Assembly: GCA_035286595.1 (NCBI GenBank)
Contig: DATEDA010000096.1
Coordinates: forward strand, 1 to 61,332
Length of the DNA stretch: 61,332 nt
Reading direction: 5' to 3'
From: Burkholderiales bacterium
Lineage (GTDB): Bacteria > Pseudomonadota > Gammaproteobacteria > Burkholderiales > SG8-39
Positions 19,201 through 26,642 of the stretch are shown here, one piece after another. Every line of letters starts with the position of its first letter. The first letter of the stretch is position 1. Below the pieces are notes generated by a model. It was not told the DNA's origin. It ran no database searches and saw only the letters and a program-made list of their open reading frames with translations. Position numbers and translations under genes: made by a program.

Positions 19201-21867
19201 ACGCAGGTCCGGACGAGCCAGTCCCGACTGCAGATCGGCGCGGACCTCGCGCGCGGCTCGGCGTTCGTCCTGCGTGCGGACCTCATTCCGGCGGCGACCC
19301 GCGCCCTGCTGCTCGCAACGGCCCGGGCGGTGCTGGTCGGACGACGGGGAACGCTCGCGGAACAGCTCGTCCGGGTACAGGAAGCGGACACCGTGGCGCC
19401 GCCCGCGCAGCGCTTGCCGTCCGCGGGCGCATCGCCTGACGTTCCGGTGGCGCCGGACCTCGAGTTCTTCAACGGGCTCGGCGGATTCGCCGCGGACGGG
19501 CGGGAGTACGTGACGATCCTCGGCGCCGGGCGGTCGATCCCCGCGCCGTGGATCAACGTCATCGCCAATCCCGCGTTCGGCTTCCAGGTCGCGGTCGAGG
19601 GCGGCGGCTACACCTGGTCGGGCGCGAGCCGCGAGAACCAGCTCACGCCCTGGTCGAACGATGCAGTCACCGACCGGCCGGGCGAGGTCCTCTATCTGCG
19701 CGACGAGGACACCGGCGAGCTGTGGGGACCGACGGCCCTGCCGATCCGCGACGAGGCCGCGCCCTACGTCGCCAGGCACGGCCAGGGATACAGCCGATTC
19801 GAGCACGCCGCACACGGTATCGCGCTCGATCTCCTCCAGTACGTGCCGCTCGACGAGCCGATCAAGATCTCGCGGCTGACGATCCGGAACACCTCGGGGC
19901 GAACCCGGCGGCTTGCGGTCACGGCCTACGTCGAGTGGGTGCTCGGCCCGTCCCGCGGCGCCTCCGCGCTCTCGGTCGTGACGGAAATCGATGCGGAGAC
20001 CGGCGCGATGTTCGCGCGCAACCCCTGGAACATCACGTTCGGTTCCCACGTCGCCTTCGCGGACCTGGGGGGACGGCAGATCGCCTGGACCGGCGACCGG
20101 CGGGAATTCCTGGGGCGGAACGGCACGCTCGACAATCCCGCCGCGCTCGCCGGGGAGACGCCCCTCTCGCGGCGGGTCGGTGCCGGCCTCGATCCCTGCG
20201 GCGCCCTTCAGGCGCCGGTCGAGCTCAAGCCGGGCGCCACGGTGGAGCTCGTCTTCCTCCTCGGCGAGGCGGCAACCGCGGCCGACGCGCAATCCCTGAT
20301 TGCTCGCTACCGGGTCGCCGATCTCGATGCGGTCCTGCGCGAAGTCGTCGCGCATTGGGACGATGTGCTCGGCACGGTGCAGGTCAAGACGCCGGACCGC
20401 TCGATGGACCTCATGCTGAACCGCTGGCTCCTCTATCAGACGCTCGCCTGTCGCGTGTGGGCGCGCTCGGCGTTCTACCAGGCGAGCGGCGCTTACGGCT
20501 TCCGCGACCAGCTCCAGGACGGAATGGCGCTCGCCCTGTCGCGACCGGCGCTGACGCGTGCGCATCTCCTGCGTGCCGCGGCCCGGCAGTTCGTCGAAGG
20601 AGATGTCCAGCACTGGTGGCTGACGCCGTCCGGCCAGGGCGTGCGGACACGCATCTCCGACGATCGGATATGGCTCGCGTACGCCGCCGCACACTATGTC
20701 GAGACGACCGGCGACATCGCGGTGCTGGACGAGCCCGTGCCGTTTCTCGAGGGTCAGCAGCTCGGGCCGGACGAGCACGACGCCTACTTCCAGCCCATGC
20801 TCGCGGAAGAGAGCGCACCGCTCTTCGAGCACTGCGCGCGCGGGCTCGACCGGAGTCTCGCGGTCGGGGAGCACGGCTTGCCGCTGATCGGCACTGGCGA
20901 CTGGAACGACGGCATGAACCGGGTCGGCGAGCTGGGCAAGGGGGAGAGCGTCTGGCTCGGCTGGTTCCTGCATGCGACGCTGGCGGCGTTCGCGCCGTTG
21001 GCGAAGGCTCGCGGCGAAGCGGCGCGGGCCGCGAAGTGGCGGTCGCACGCCGCTCGGCTCCGCGTCTCGCTCGAGCAGGACGGCTGGGACGGTGATTGGT
21101 ACCGGCGCGGCTACTTCGACGACGGAACGCCGCTCGGTTCGTCCACGAGCGACGAATGCCGGATCGATTCGATCGCGCAATCCTGGAGCGTGATCTCCGG
21201 GGCGGCGGAGCCGGCGCGTGCCGCGCGTGCCATGGCCGCCGTGGACGAGCAGCTCGTCCGTCGCAGTGACGGTCTCGCCCTGCTCTTCACCCCGCCCTTC
21301 GATCGGACGTCGCTCGATCCCGGATACATCAAGGGCTATCCGCCCGGCATCCGGGAAAACGGGGGCCAATACACCCACGCCGTCGCTTGGTCGGCGATCG
21401 CCGTCGCCGCCCTCGGCGACGGCGACAAGTCCGCCGAGCTGTTCTCGCTCATGAACCCGATCAACCGCACGAGCACGCGGGCGGACGTGCAGCGCTACAA
21501 GGTCGAGCCCTACGTCGTCGCCGCGGACGTCTATTCGGTCGCGCCGCACGTCGGGCGCGGCGGATGGACCTGGTACACGGGCTCGGCCGGGTGGCTCTAC
21601 CGGGTCGGGATCGAGTCGATCCTCGGGTTGCGCCTGGAGGGAGCGATCCTCTGCGTCGCGCCCTGCATCCCCAGGGCGTGGCCGCGCTTCGAGATCGTGT
21701 TCAAGTATCGCTCGGCGCGGTACGAGATCGCGATCGAGAACCCCAACGGAGTCTGCCGTGGAGTGGCTCACGCCGAGCTGGACGGCAGTGCGCTGCCGGC
21801 GGGCCCGACGCGAGTGCCGCTCGTGGATGATGGTCGAGTCCACAAGGTGCGCGTGATCCTCGGGTGA
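13273..21867 (+). CDS. cgs: Cyclic beta-1,2-glucan synthase (Cgs/NdvB-type; GT84, glucanase/transglycosylase-like middle domain, C-terminal GH94 phosphorylase)
   Basis: About 2860 aa. TLDADT, SHDLFEG and RQHRWARGDWQ GT motifs; TM blocks; YDLLASEAR and SWSGSMFEYLMP middle domain; two GH94 beta-sandwich repeats; DWNDG and GIRENGGQYTH. Start uncertain (GTG 13273 or TTG 13300). Confidence 0.92.
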   Translation: MKIRGRKARLRSVILRAFGRASQAAPWDNEESIREELFSIERLEQHAESLAAAQPVTAGPASGRSLAVRLKENESILLDAYRAIARAVGEGRAITPAAEWLLDNYHLVEEQIREIRDDLPPGYYRQLPKLADGPFAGYPRVFGVAWAFVAHTDSRFDPEMLRRFVRAYQRVQPLTIGELWAVAITLRIVLVENLRRGARRIVAGRAAREEADALADRLLGVDAPPAESIAPSLQHYEEAPLPAAFAVQLVQRLRDQDPKVTPALLWLEERLAAQGKTADAIVHDEHQRQGATNVTVRNVITSMRLISDVDWSGLVEDVSLIDDTLRPGSDFARMDFPTRNLYRSAIETLARGSRLSELEIAREALAAANDPALQQPEEGDDPDRRKRDPGYHLIAGGRGAFEATIGFRAPLRTWPGRFSAMIGIRGYIGGVMTVAAIVVAAPLAALADAGTSAWWLGVLAALGLIPSIDAAMAVVNRAVTRGFGATILPGLELRDGVPPSLRTVVAVPILLTTPAALEEQIERLEIHHLASPEGELHFALLSDWTDAATETVEGDDALLAAAAAGIARLNRRYGPAAGGDRFLLFHRRRVWNEGQHRWMGWERKRGKLHELNRLLRGATDTTFVGVGERLPAPPAGVRYVITLDADTRMPRETARRLVGKMAHALNRPRFDAVTRRVVEGYGVLQPRVTPSLPVGREGSLFQRISSSMSGIDPYSAAVSDVYQDLFGEGSYTGKGIYDVDAFEAALDARVPESALLSHDLFEGTFARAGLASDIEVVEEFPSRYDVAAGRQHRWARGDWQLLPWILGRGGASPDDRSTGALPLIGRWKMLDNLRRSLSAPASLVALVAGWTLPLQAAVVWTGFILSTIALSTLLPVLAGIVPRRARVTTRSHLRALGADVRLALSQTALLAVFLAHQAWLMLDAIGRTLYRLFVSHRHLLDWVTAAQAQVGPRLDLAGFYRQMSGGVALGIVAAAVVWWMGSDAWPVAAPFIIAWVASPAIARWTSLSPLVAGRVAVSAADADALRLVARRTWRFFETFVTSTDHMLPPDNFQEDPKPIVAHRTSPTNLGVYLLSAVSARDFGWVGTIETVDRLEATLATMGGLQRFRGHFYNWYDTRDLRPLDPQYVSSVDSGNLAGHLIALANACREWIGRPAAGPEVLAGIEDALQLTRESLGGLPDDRRTQTITRHQLDDALDALAAALRRAPMPPADIGARLAEAAPHAATMADIARTLASERGDEAGTEMLFWAEATLASIESHRRDVAPAVDAARVLERRLAALEAAARTMAGAMDFGFLLDPDRRLLAIGYRVADGTLDPSCYDLLASEARLASFVAIAKGDVPSRHWFRLGRAVTPTGRGAALISWSGSMFEYLMPSLVMRAPAGSLLEETSRLVVRRQVSYGATLDVPWGISESAYNVRDLEHTYQYSNFGVPGLGLKRGLGENAVVAPYATALAAMVDPGAAARNFARLATAGARGRYGFYEALDYTPTRLPEGKDVAIVRAFMAHHQGMTVVAIANALLDGAMRARFHAEPIVQATELLLQERTPRDVAVAHPRAEEVATAATVRELELPAVRRLRSPHDATPQVHLLSNGRYAVMLTGAGSGYSRCGDLGITRWREDATRDDWGAYVFLRDVQSGDVWSAGYQPTGVEPDRYDVTFTEDRAEFVRHDGPITTLLEVLVSPEDNAEVRRVSVANAGSRTRDIELTSYAELVLAPPAADTAHPAFSKLFVQTEYLHKQGAVLATRRRRSPGEPEVWVAHLAVVEGEAVGEPEIETDRARFLGRGRESRAPIAVMDGRPLSNTVGTVLDPVFALRRRVRVPPGRAARIAFWTVVASSRGEALDLIDKHQDTTAFDRAATLAWTQAQVQLSYLGIDAEQAALFQRLAGYVLYADPTLRPSSDAIRRGGGGPPALWAQGISGDLPIVLVRIDDIEDVAIVRQLLRAHEYWRLKQLAVDLVILNERGSSYIQDLQIALETQVRTSQSRLQIGADLARGSAFVLRADLIPAATRALLLATARAVLVGRRGTLAEQLVRVQEADTVAPPAQRLPSAGASPDVPVAPDLEFFNGLGGFAADGREYVTILGAGRSIPAPWINVIANPAFGFQVAVEGGGYTWSGASRENQLTPWSNDAVTDRPGEVLYLRDEDTGELWGPTALPIRDEAAPYVARHGQGYSRFEHAAHGIALDLLQYVPLDEPIKISRLTIRNTSGRTRRLAVTAYVEWVLGPSRGASALSVVTEIDAETGAMFARNPWNITFGSHVAFADLGGRQIAWTGDRREFLGRNGTLDNPAALAGETPLSRRVGAGLDPCGALQAPVELKPGATVELVFLLGEAATAADAQSLIARYRVADLDAVLREVVAHWDDVLGTVQVKTPDRSMDLMLNRWLLYQTLACRVWARSAFYQASGAYGFRDQLQDGMALALSRPALTRAHLLRAAARQFVEGDVQHWWLTPSGQGVRTRISDDRIWLAYAAAHYVETTGDIAVLDEPVPFLEGQQLGPDEHDAYFQPMLAEESAPLFEHCARGLDRSLAVGEHGLPLIGTGDWNDGMNRVGELGKGESVWLGWFLHATLAAFAPLAKARGEAARAAKWRSHAARLRVSLEQDGWDGDWYRRGYFDDGTPLGSSTSDECRIDSIAQSWSVISGAAEPARAARAMAAVDEQLVRRSDGLALLFTPPFDRTSLDPGYIKGYPPGIRENGGQYTHAVAWSAIAVAALGDGDKSAELFSLMNPINRTSTRADVQRYKVEPYVVAADVYSVAPHVGRGGWTWYTGSAGWLYRVGIESILGLRLEGAILCVAPCIPRAWPRFEIVFKYRSARYEIAIENPNGVCRGVAHAELDGSALPAGPTRVPLVDDGRVHKVRVILG

Positions 21868-21902
21868 GGCCGGCGACTGGGTCGGGCCTTCCGCCCCCGC
21901 CG

Positions 21903-22661
21903 CTATCCGCTGGCGCGCTCGATCGCAGCGTCCTGCGTGAGGGTCAGGAGCACGTCGGCGTACCAGGCGCAATTCAGGTCGAGCCGTTCGTCCTGCTCGA
22001 CGTCGCGGCTGGTGACGTCCATCCGGCCGGCGTGGACGCCGAGCAGCTTCCACGGCAGCTCCACCCGACCGGCGCGTTGGGTCGGTTCGCGCGCGACGAC
22101 CGGTGCGCCGCTCGTGCCGCGGTGCATCCGCGCGTCCGTCAGGAAGTAGCCGTTGCCCTGGAACCGGATCCCGAACGCCGAGGCGATGACCGCCTGCCGC
22201 GCGACCGGCAGGCGATGCAGCGTGTCGTGAAAGCCGAGCGGAAAACCGGCGATGAGCACCGAAGTTCCCACTTCGATCTGGTCGAGCTGCTTCACCAGGT
22301 GAGCGGGCGTGAACGCGTGATAGAGAAGCGTCTCCGGCAGGGCCGGGCGCTCGAGCTCCAGGGCCACGACGTCGATCGCGCCTGTCGAGTCGCGCCCCTC
22401 CCGCCAGACCGACTTCCGGTCCCGGTATAGCGGAATGGAGAACTGCCTCGTCATGGCCACGTTCTCCGGCGCCACGTGCAGCTCGATCTCCAGCCGGTCC
22501 GGGTGATGATCGCTCGCCTCGTCCAACACCACGTGTCGGCTCGTCACGAGGAACAGCCGGTCATCCCGCGCGAAGAAGAAGCCGGTCGCGTTGGTCAGGT
22601 GCTGCTGCCCGAGCATCGTCGTGACGCGAGTCACGGCCAGCAGCAGCGATTCGATCTTCAC
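21903..22661 (-). CDS. Trypsin-like serine peptidase, no signal peptide
   Basis: LVTSRHV (His), IDVVAL (Asp) and GTSGAPV (Ser) triad motifs. Confidence 0.88.
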   Translation of the reverse strand: MKIESLLLAVTRVTTMLGQQHLTNATGFFFARDDRLFLVTSRHVVLDEASDHHPDRLEIELHVAPENVAMTRQFSIPLYRDRKSVWREGRDSTGAIDVVALELERPALPETLLYHAFTPAHLVKQLDQIEVGTSVLIAGFPLGFHDTLHRLPVARQAVIASAFGIRFQGNGYFLTDARMHRGTSGAPVVAREPTQRAGRVELPWKLLGVHAGRMDVTSRDVEQDERLDLNCAWYADVLLTLTQDAAIERASG

Positions 22662-23287
22662 GCGAGCCTCCGCCAGACGCTCGCCAGCCAGGGCTGCCGT
22701 TCACGCGGCAAGCCGGCAGGGCGGTAATAGTGGGTAAGTTCGAGGAATCCCGCGGCCGAGACGTAGCGGCGCCAGGTTTCGAGATCGTGGTACGCGCCGT
22801 AGCGTCCGCGGTTCCAGCCTTCCTCGTTGTGACCGTGCGGGTTCGAGCTGAACAGCACCCCGCCCGGCTTCAGCGTGGCGTGCAATTCCAGCAGCACGCG
22901 CGGCAACTCCTGGCTGGGGACGTGAAACAGCGCGGCGTTGGCGAAGACGCCGTCGAACCGCTCATCCGGCAGGTCGAGCTTGAGGAAGTCCTGCTGCCAT
23001 ACCTCGCAGCCGCTGTCGGCACGCGCCATCTCGGCGAAGCGGGCGGCGCCCTCCAGGCCCACCGCGATGTGACCGAGGCCGGCAAGCACCTTGAGATCGC
23101 GCCCTGGCCCGCAACCGAGGTCGAGTATGGTGAAGGGTGGTTCGCCTTCGATATGTTGCAGCAGCGCTGCGATGTTCTGGCTGACGTCATGATCCTGTGT
23201 GCCTTGCCGGAAATCCTCGGCACGCTGGTTGTAATGCTCGAGCGTCAGGCCGGCGAGCTCGTCCAGATCTCGCGGACTCAGCTTCAT
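22658..23287 (-). CDS. Class I SAM-dependent methyltransferase
   Basis: ILDLGCGPGRD motif I; FDGVFANAALFHV; 4-bp overlap with the peptidase start. Confidence 0.92.
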   Translation of the reverse strand: MKLSPRDLDELAGLTLEHYNQRAEDFRQGTQDHDVSQNIAALLQHIEGEPPFTILDLGCGPGRDLKVLAGLGHIAVGLEGAARFAEMARADSGCEVWQQDFLKLDLPDERFDGVFANAALFHVPSQELPRVLLELHATLKPGGVLFSSNPHGHNEEGWNRGRYGAYHDLETWRRYVSAAGFLELTHYYRPAGLPRERQPWLASVWRRLA

Positions 23288-23381
23288 GTCGGATCCGTCG
23301 CCACGCGGTCGTTCCGGTGGGCCCGCTTCTGGCTGCCGTCCCAGCGCACGACGAGGGCTTTCATGGCAACGATGATACGTC

Positions 23382-23397
23382 CGTGCGCTGGCGTACG
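23382..23397. promoter_or_regulatory. CRP-like box 1
   Basis: CGTGCG-CTGG-CGTACG within the longer palindrome GTC...GAC (23379-23400). It covers the -35 position of a TAGACT -10 (23406-23411) facing the Crp gene. Confidence 0.65.
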
Positions 23398-23441
23398 GAC
23401 GGCGTTAGACTGTCTCTGCCGGTATCGAACATCGAGTGGGT

Positions 23442-24170
23442 ATGCGAGCAACGGCTGCGCCGCAAATTCCCGAGACGAACCAGCTCCTGGCAGTCCTGCC
23501 GGCGGGCGAACGCGAACGGCTGTGTCCCCACCTCGAGCCGGTCGCGATGGCGCTCGGCGAGGTTGTCTACGAATCCGGCAGCCGGCAGGACTACGTGTAC
23601 TTCCCGACGACGGCGATCGTGTCCCTGCTCTACGTCATGGCGGATGGCGCGTCCGCCGAGATCGCCGTGGTCGGCAACGAGGGAATGGTGGGAGTTGCCC
23701 TCTTCATGGGAGGTGAGACCACACCGAGCCGCGCCATCGTACAGAGCGCCGGCTCGGCGTTCCGGCTTTCGGGGCAGCTGCTGAAGCGCGAGTTCATTCG
23801 TGCCGGGCCGACGCAGCATCTGTTGCTGCGCTATACCCAGGCGTTACTGACGCAGATGGCGCAGACGGCGGTCTGCAACCGGCATCATTCGGTCGACCAG
23901 CAGCTCTGCCGCTGGCTGCTGCTCAGCCTCGATCGGTTGCCCTCGAACAGGCTCACCATGACGCAGGAGTTGATTGCCAACATGCTCGGGGTGCGCCGCG
24001 AAGGGGTCACGGAGGCCGCCGGGAAGTTGCAGGGCGCAGGCCTCATCCGCTACAGCCGTGGCCGCATCACGGTGCTGGATCGGCCGGGCCTGGAGGCCCG
24101 GGCCTGCGAGTGCTACGAGGTGGTCAAGCGGGAATGCGATCGCCTGCTCCCCACTGCCATGGCGACGTGA
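23442..24170 (+). CDS. Crp/Fnr-family regulator, paralog 1
   Basis: Cyclic-nucleotide-binding-like fold plus HTH: TQELIANMLGVRREGVTEAAGKL. Confidence 0.93.
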   Translation: MRATAAPQIPETNQLLAVLPAGERERLCPHLEPVAMALGEVVYESGSRQDYVYFPTTAIVSLLYVMADGASAEIAVVGNEGMVGVALFMGGETTPSRAIVQSAGSAFRLSGQLLKREFIRAGPTQHLLLRYTQALLTQMAQTAVCNRHHSVDQQLCRWLLLSLDRLPSNRLTMTQELIANMLGVRREGVTEAAGKLQGAGLIRYSRGRITVLDRPGLEARACECYEVVKRECDRLLPTAMAT

Positions 24171-24196
24171 TCTGAAGCGAGCACGTCACTGCCGCT

Positions 24197-24904
24197 CTAG
24201 CCGAGGATGCGGTCGTACACGTTCTGCGCGGATCGGTAACACCCGCAGGCGGCGGCCTCCAGGCCGCGCCGGGCGAGAACCGTGATGTTGCCGCGGCGGT
24301 AGCGAATCAGCTTTCGCCGCTGCAGCCCCCCCGCCGCCTTGGTCACGCCGACCCGGCGGACGCCGAGCATTTGGGCGAGCAGCTCGTGGGTCAGATGGAA
24401 CTCGTCCGCGTGCGCCCGGTCGTGGGTCATCAGCAGCCAGCGGGCGAGCCGTGCCTCCAGTAGGTGGAAGTGCGTACACGCCGCTGTTTGCGCGAGCTGC
24501 GCCATCGAGACGTAGAGGTAGCGGTTCAGCTCGCGCTGCAGGGCAGCGCTATCGGCGAGCTCGCGGAGGAACGGCGCAGCATCCATCCGCATCGCGGCGC
24601 CCGCGCCCTGGACCAATGCGCGCAAGGGTGAGACGTCGACGCCCAGCATCAGCGTGATTCCGAGCATGCCCTCGCTGCCGACGAGCCCCACCTCCAGGCT
24701 CGCGCAGCCGTCGCGCGGCGTCAACAGCGAGATGAAACCGTCGTCGGGGAAGTAGACGTGCCGGATCCGGTCCCCGGGCTCGGAGAGCACATCGGCGAAA
24801 GCGAGCTCGACCCGCTCGCAGCCCGCGAGCAGATGCTCGCGATCCTTGCGGGGCAACGCCGCGATCAGATTGTTCGTGGCGGGGACGCGCCTCGTGGATG
24901 ACAC
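24197..24904 (-). CDS. Crp/Fnr-family regulator, paralog 2
   Basis: [26 protein letters not shown]; AGGAG RBS before the GTG start. Confidence 0.93.
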   Translation of the reverse strand: MSSTRRVPATNNLIAALPRKDREHLLAGCERVELAFADVLSEPGDRIRHVYFPDDGFISLLTPRDGCASLEVGLVGSEGMLGITLMLGVDVSPLRALVQGAGAAMRMDAAPFLRELADSAALQRELNRYLYVSMAQLAQTAACTHFHLLEARLARWLLMTHDRAHADEFHLTHELLAQMLGVRRVGVTKAAGGLQRRKLIRYRRGNITVLARRGLEAAACGCYRSAQNVYDRILG

Positions 24905-24924
24905 CGGAGTCTCCTAGAGGGTCC

Positions 24925-24959
24925 AAGAAAAGACCCGGTACGGGGGTGCCGTGACCGGG
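24925..24959 (-). terminator. Intrinsic terminator directly upstream of Crp paralog 2
   Basis: CCCGGT-C-ACGG/CACCC/CCGT-ACCGGG stem followed by TCTTTTCTT. Confidence 0.7.
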
Positions 24960-25000
24960 CCAAACACTTTAGGTGTTCATCAGGGAGGAGCTAAACACCC
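24925..25000 (-). ncRNA. Candidate ~76-nt sRNA or attenuator leader with an anti-SD loop
   Basis: Hairpin 1 GGTGTTTAG-CTCCTCC-CT(GAT)GAACACC at 24999-24972; hairpin 2 with a C-rich loop and U-tract; -10-like GATGAT at 25012-25007; CRP-like box centred at -41.5. Confidence 0.55.
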
Positions 25001-25033
25001 GTTAGCATCATCCCCGCTTCCTCCAGGACGCTC

Positions 25034-25049
25034 CGTACGCTAGCGTCCA
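25034..25049. promoter_or_regulatory. CRP-like box 2
   Basis: CGTACG-CTAG-CGTCCA; GATGAT begins 29.5 bp from the dyad centre on the minus strand. Confidence 0.6.
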
Positions 25050-25218
25050 TAGCGCACACGATTCTTTCGCATGGGCCGGACGAGTGTAGCCAAGGAAAGG
25101 CCCGGAACGGGGAGAGCCGATTCCGGGCCGGGGACAACAGGTGCTCAAGGACAACAGATACTCACGAGGGAGGGAATGAGCACCCATTTCAATGATGTCC
25201 GTCTCCGCCAGGGCCGTC

Positions 25219-25234
25219 TGTTCGCTAGCGCACC
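25219..25234. promoter_or_regulatory. CRP-like box 3
   Basis: TGTTCG-CTAG-CGCACC; TACCCT (25256-25261) begins 29.5 bp downstream, facing the GlsB-family gene. Confidence 0.65.
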
Positions 25235-25341
25235 GATCCCGGTCCGACATCGGATTACCCTCCAACCGACGCCGTGAGCGATGCGGCGATGTTGCAGTCG
25301 GTAGCACTACCGGGCTTTTGACCTGGAAAGGAAGAGACGCT

Positions 25342-25587
25342 ATGGAAATTCTCTGGTTCATTCTGATCGGTCTCGCCGCCGGATGGCTGGCGGGGCAATT
25401 CATGCGAGGCGGCGGCTACGGTCCTGTCGGCGACATCTTGCTGGGCGTGGTCGGCGCGGTGGTCGGCGGGTTTCTGTTTCGTCAGCTGGGCCTGTCCGCC
25501 GGAGGCGGGTTGATCGGTGCCTTGATCGTGGCGACCATAGGCGCGGTGGTCGTGCTGTTCCTCGTGCGCGTGCTCAAGCGCGCCTAG
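25342..25587 (+). CDS. GlsB/YeaQ/YmgE family (transglycosylase-associated) stress membrane protein
   Basis: MEILWFILIGLAAGWLAG...GDILLGVVGAVVGG...IVATIGAVVVLF. Confidence 0.92.
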   Translation: MEILWFILIGLAAGWLAGQFMRGGGYGPVGDILLGVVGAVVGGFLFRQLGLSAGGGLIGALIVATIGAVVVLFLVRVLKRA

Positions 25588-25631
25588 CGGTGAGAAGGGA
25601 GGGGTTCCACCCCTTCCCTCGCGCCGATTCA

Positions 25632-25662
25632 CGACGATCTTCCGCGTCGCGGAAGATCGTCG
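25632..25662. terminator. 14-bp perfect inverted repeat between convergent genes
   Basis: CGACGATCTTCCGC-gtc-GCGGAAGATCGTCG. Confidence 0.7.
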
Positions 25663-25666
25663 CTCA

Positions 25667-25801
25667 TCAGGTTTTCCCGCCGGGCACGTCAGCGGGCGTC
25701 TTGAACGGCCCGCCGCGAAATGGCGCGGCCGGAGGGGCCGGCTTCTTCTGTTGCTTCGGTTTCTTGGCTTCGCGATTGCTTCGCTGCTGGCCCTTGGGCA
25801 T
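25667..25801 (-). CDS. Small basic protein (44 aa), absent from the ORF track
   Basis: AGGAG RBS; MPKGQQRSNREAKKPKQQKKPAPPAAPFRGGPFKTPADVPGGKT; stop abuts the hairpin. Confidence 0.7.
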   Translation of the reverse strand: MPKGQQRSNREAKKPKQQKKPAPPAAPFRGGPFKTPADVPGGKT

Positions 25802-25938
25802 GGGAGTTCTCCTGAGAGGATGCGCATCCGGACGTGGCCCGGCGATTATGCGCGTTTGTGACCGGCGTCGCCGTCAACGGGTCTCGTCGCGATGGGGCCG
25901 CAGCCCTGGCGCTCCGTGCGCCGCGATCTTTCGATGTA

Positions 25939-25954
25939 TGTACGCCAACGTACA
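25939..25954. promoter_or_regulatory. CRP-like box 4 (perfect dyad)
   Basis: TGTACG-CCAA-CGTACA; GATACT (25976-25981) begins 29.5 bp downstream. Confidence 0.75.
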
Positions 25955-26076
25955 GAGCGCGCCCGGAGGCGCGCCGATACTGCTCACGGCGATGGTCGAA
26001 TCTCGGGCGCCCGCAGCTGTTTTCGCCGGGCGGCACCGAGAGCGGGTCAGCCCCGGGCCTTCGCGAGGAGAGAGTC

Positions 26077-26628
26077 ATGTGGAGGCGAGCAGGTTCGATG
26101 ACCGTGAGTGCGGCGGTGGCCGCGATGGTGCTTGGCTGTTCCCCGCCGCCGTCGGGGCCGACAGTCGTGATTGAGGACAAGGTCTATACGGTGACGCCCA
26201 CCTCGGTGCTGGCGAAGGCCGGGATCATGACGGGCGAGGTCACGGAGATGAAGGTGACCGAGCGGGTCGAGAAGGACTCCGGCAACGTCGTCTCCATGGC
26301 GAAGCTCACCGGGAAGCTCAAGCTGACCAATAGCTCCAAGGATCAAAGCGTCCGCCTGGTCGGCGGCAAGATCCAGTTCATCGATGCCCAGGGGCAACCG
26401 ATCAAGGTCGAGGAGAAGCGGATCGAACCGACCCTCAAGTTCTCCAGCTACGGCGGAGCCGAGCGGCTGGACCCGGGGCAGGAGGCGACCCAGATGGTGG
26501 ACGTGGACTTCCCCGCCGAGGCCCTGAAGGCGAAGAAGCTGAAGGAGATCCGCCTCGAGCTCGTGTACCTCCCCTCGTCGTACAAGGAAGAGACGGCCAA
26601 CTTCACCGTGTCGATCGGCGGCCAGTAG
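26077..26628 (+). CDS. Lipoprotein of unknown function, beta-rich (Ig-like?)
   Basis: GAGGAG RBS; signal peptide with VLGC lipobox; host-like codon usage. Confidence 0.8.
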   Translation: MWRRAGSMTVSAAVAAMVLGCSPPPSGPTVVIEDKVYTVTPTSVLAKAGIMTGEVTEMKVTERVEKDSGNVVSMAKLTGKLKLTNSSKDQSVRLVGGKIQFIDAQGQPIKVEEKRIEPTLKFSSYGGAERLDPGQEATQMVDVDFPAEALKAKKLKEIRLELVYLPSSYKEETANFTVSIGGQ

Positions 26629-26642
26629 ATCTCGAGTTCGAC

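Noticed and set aside
16177-22053. 1958-aa minus-strand ORF, and similar long ORFs such as 57829-60261, 36709-38958 and 3055-5184
   Set aside because: These are antisense shadows of motif-bearing genes, Arg/Ala/Gly-rich with no domain signatures. They are expected in high-GC DNA.
25176-25277. 33-aa ORF with a GAGGGAGG RBS
   Set aside because: It overlaps box 3 and the predicted glsB promoter and shows no coding signature.
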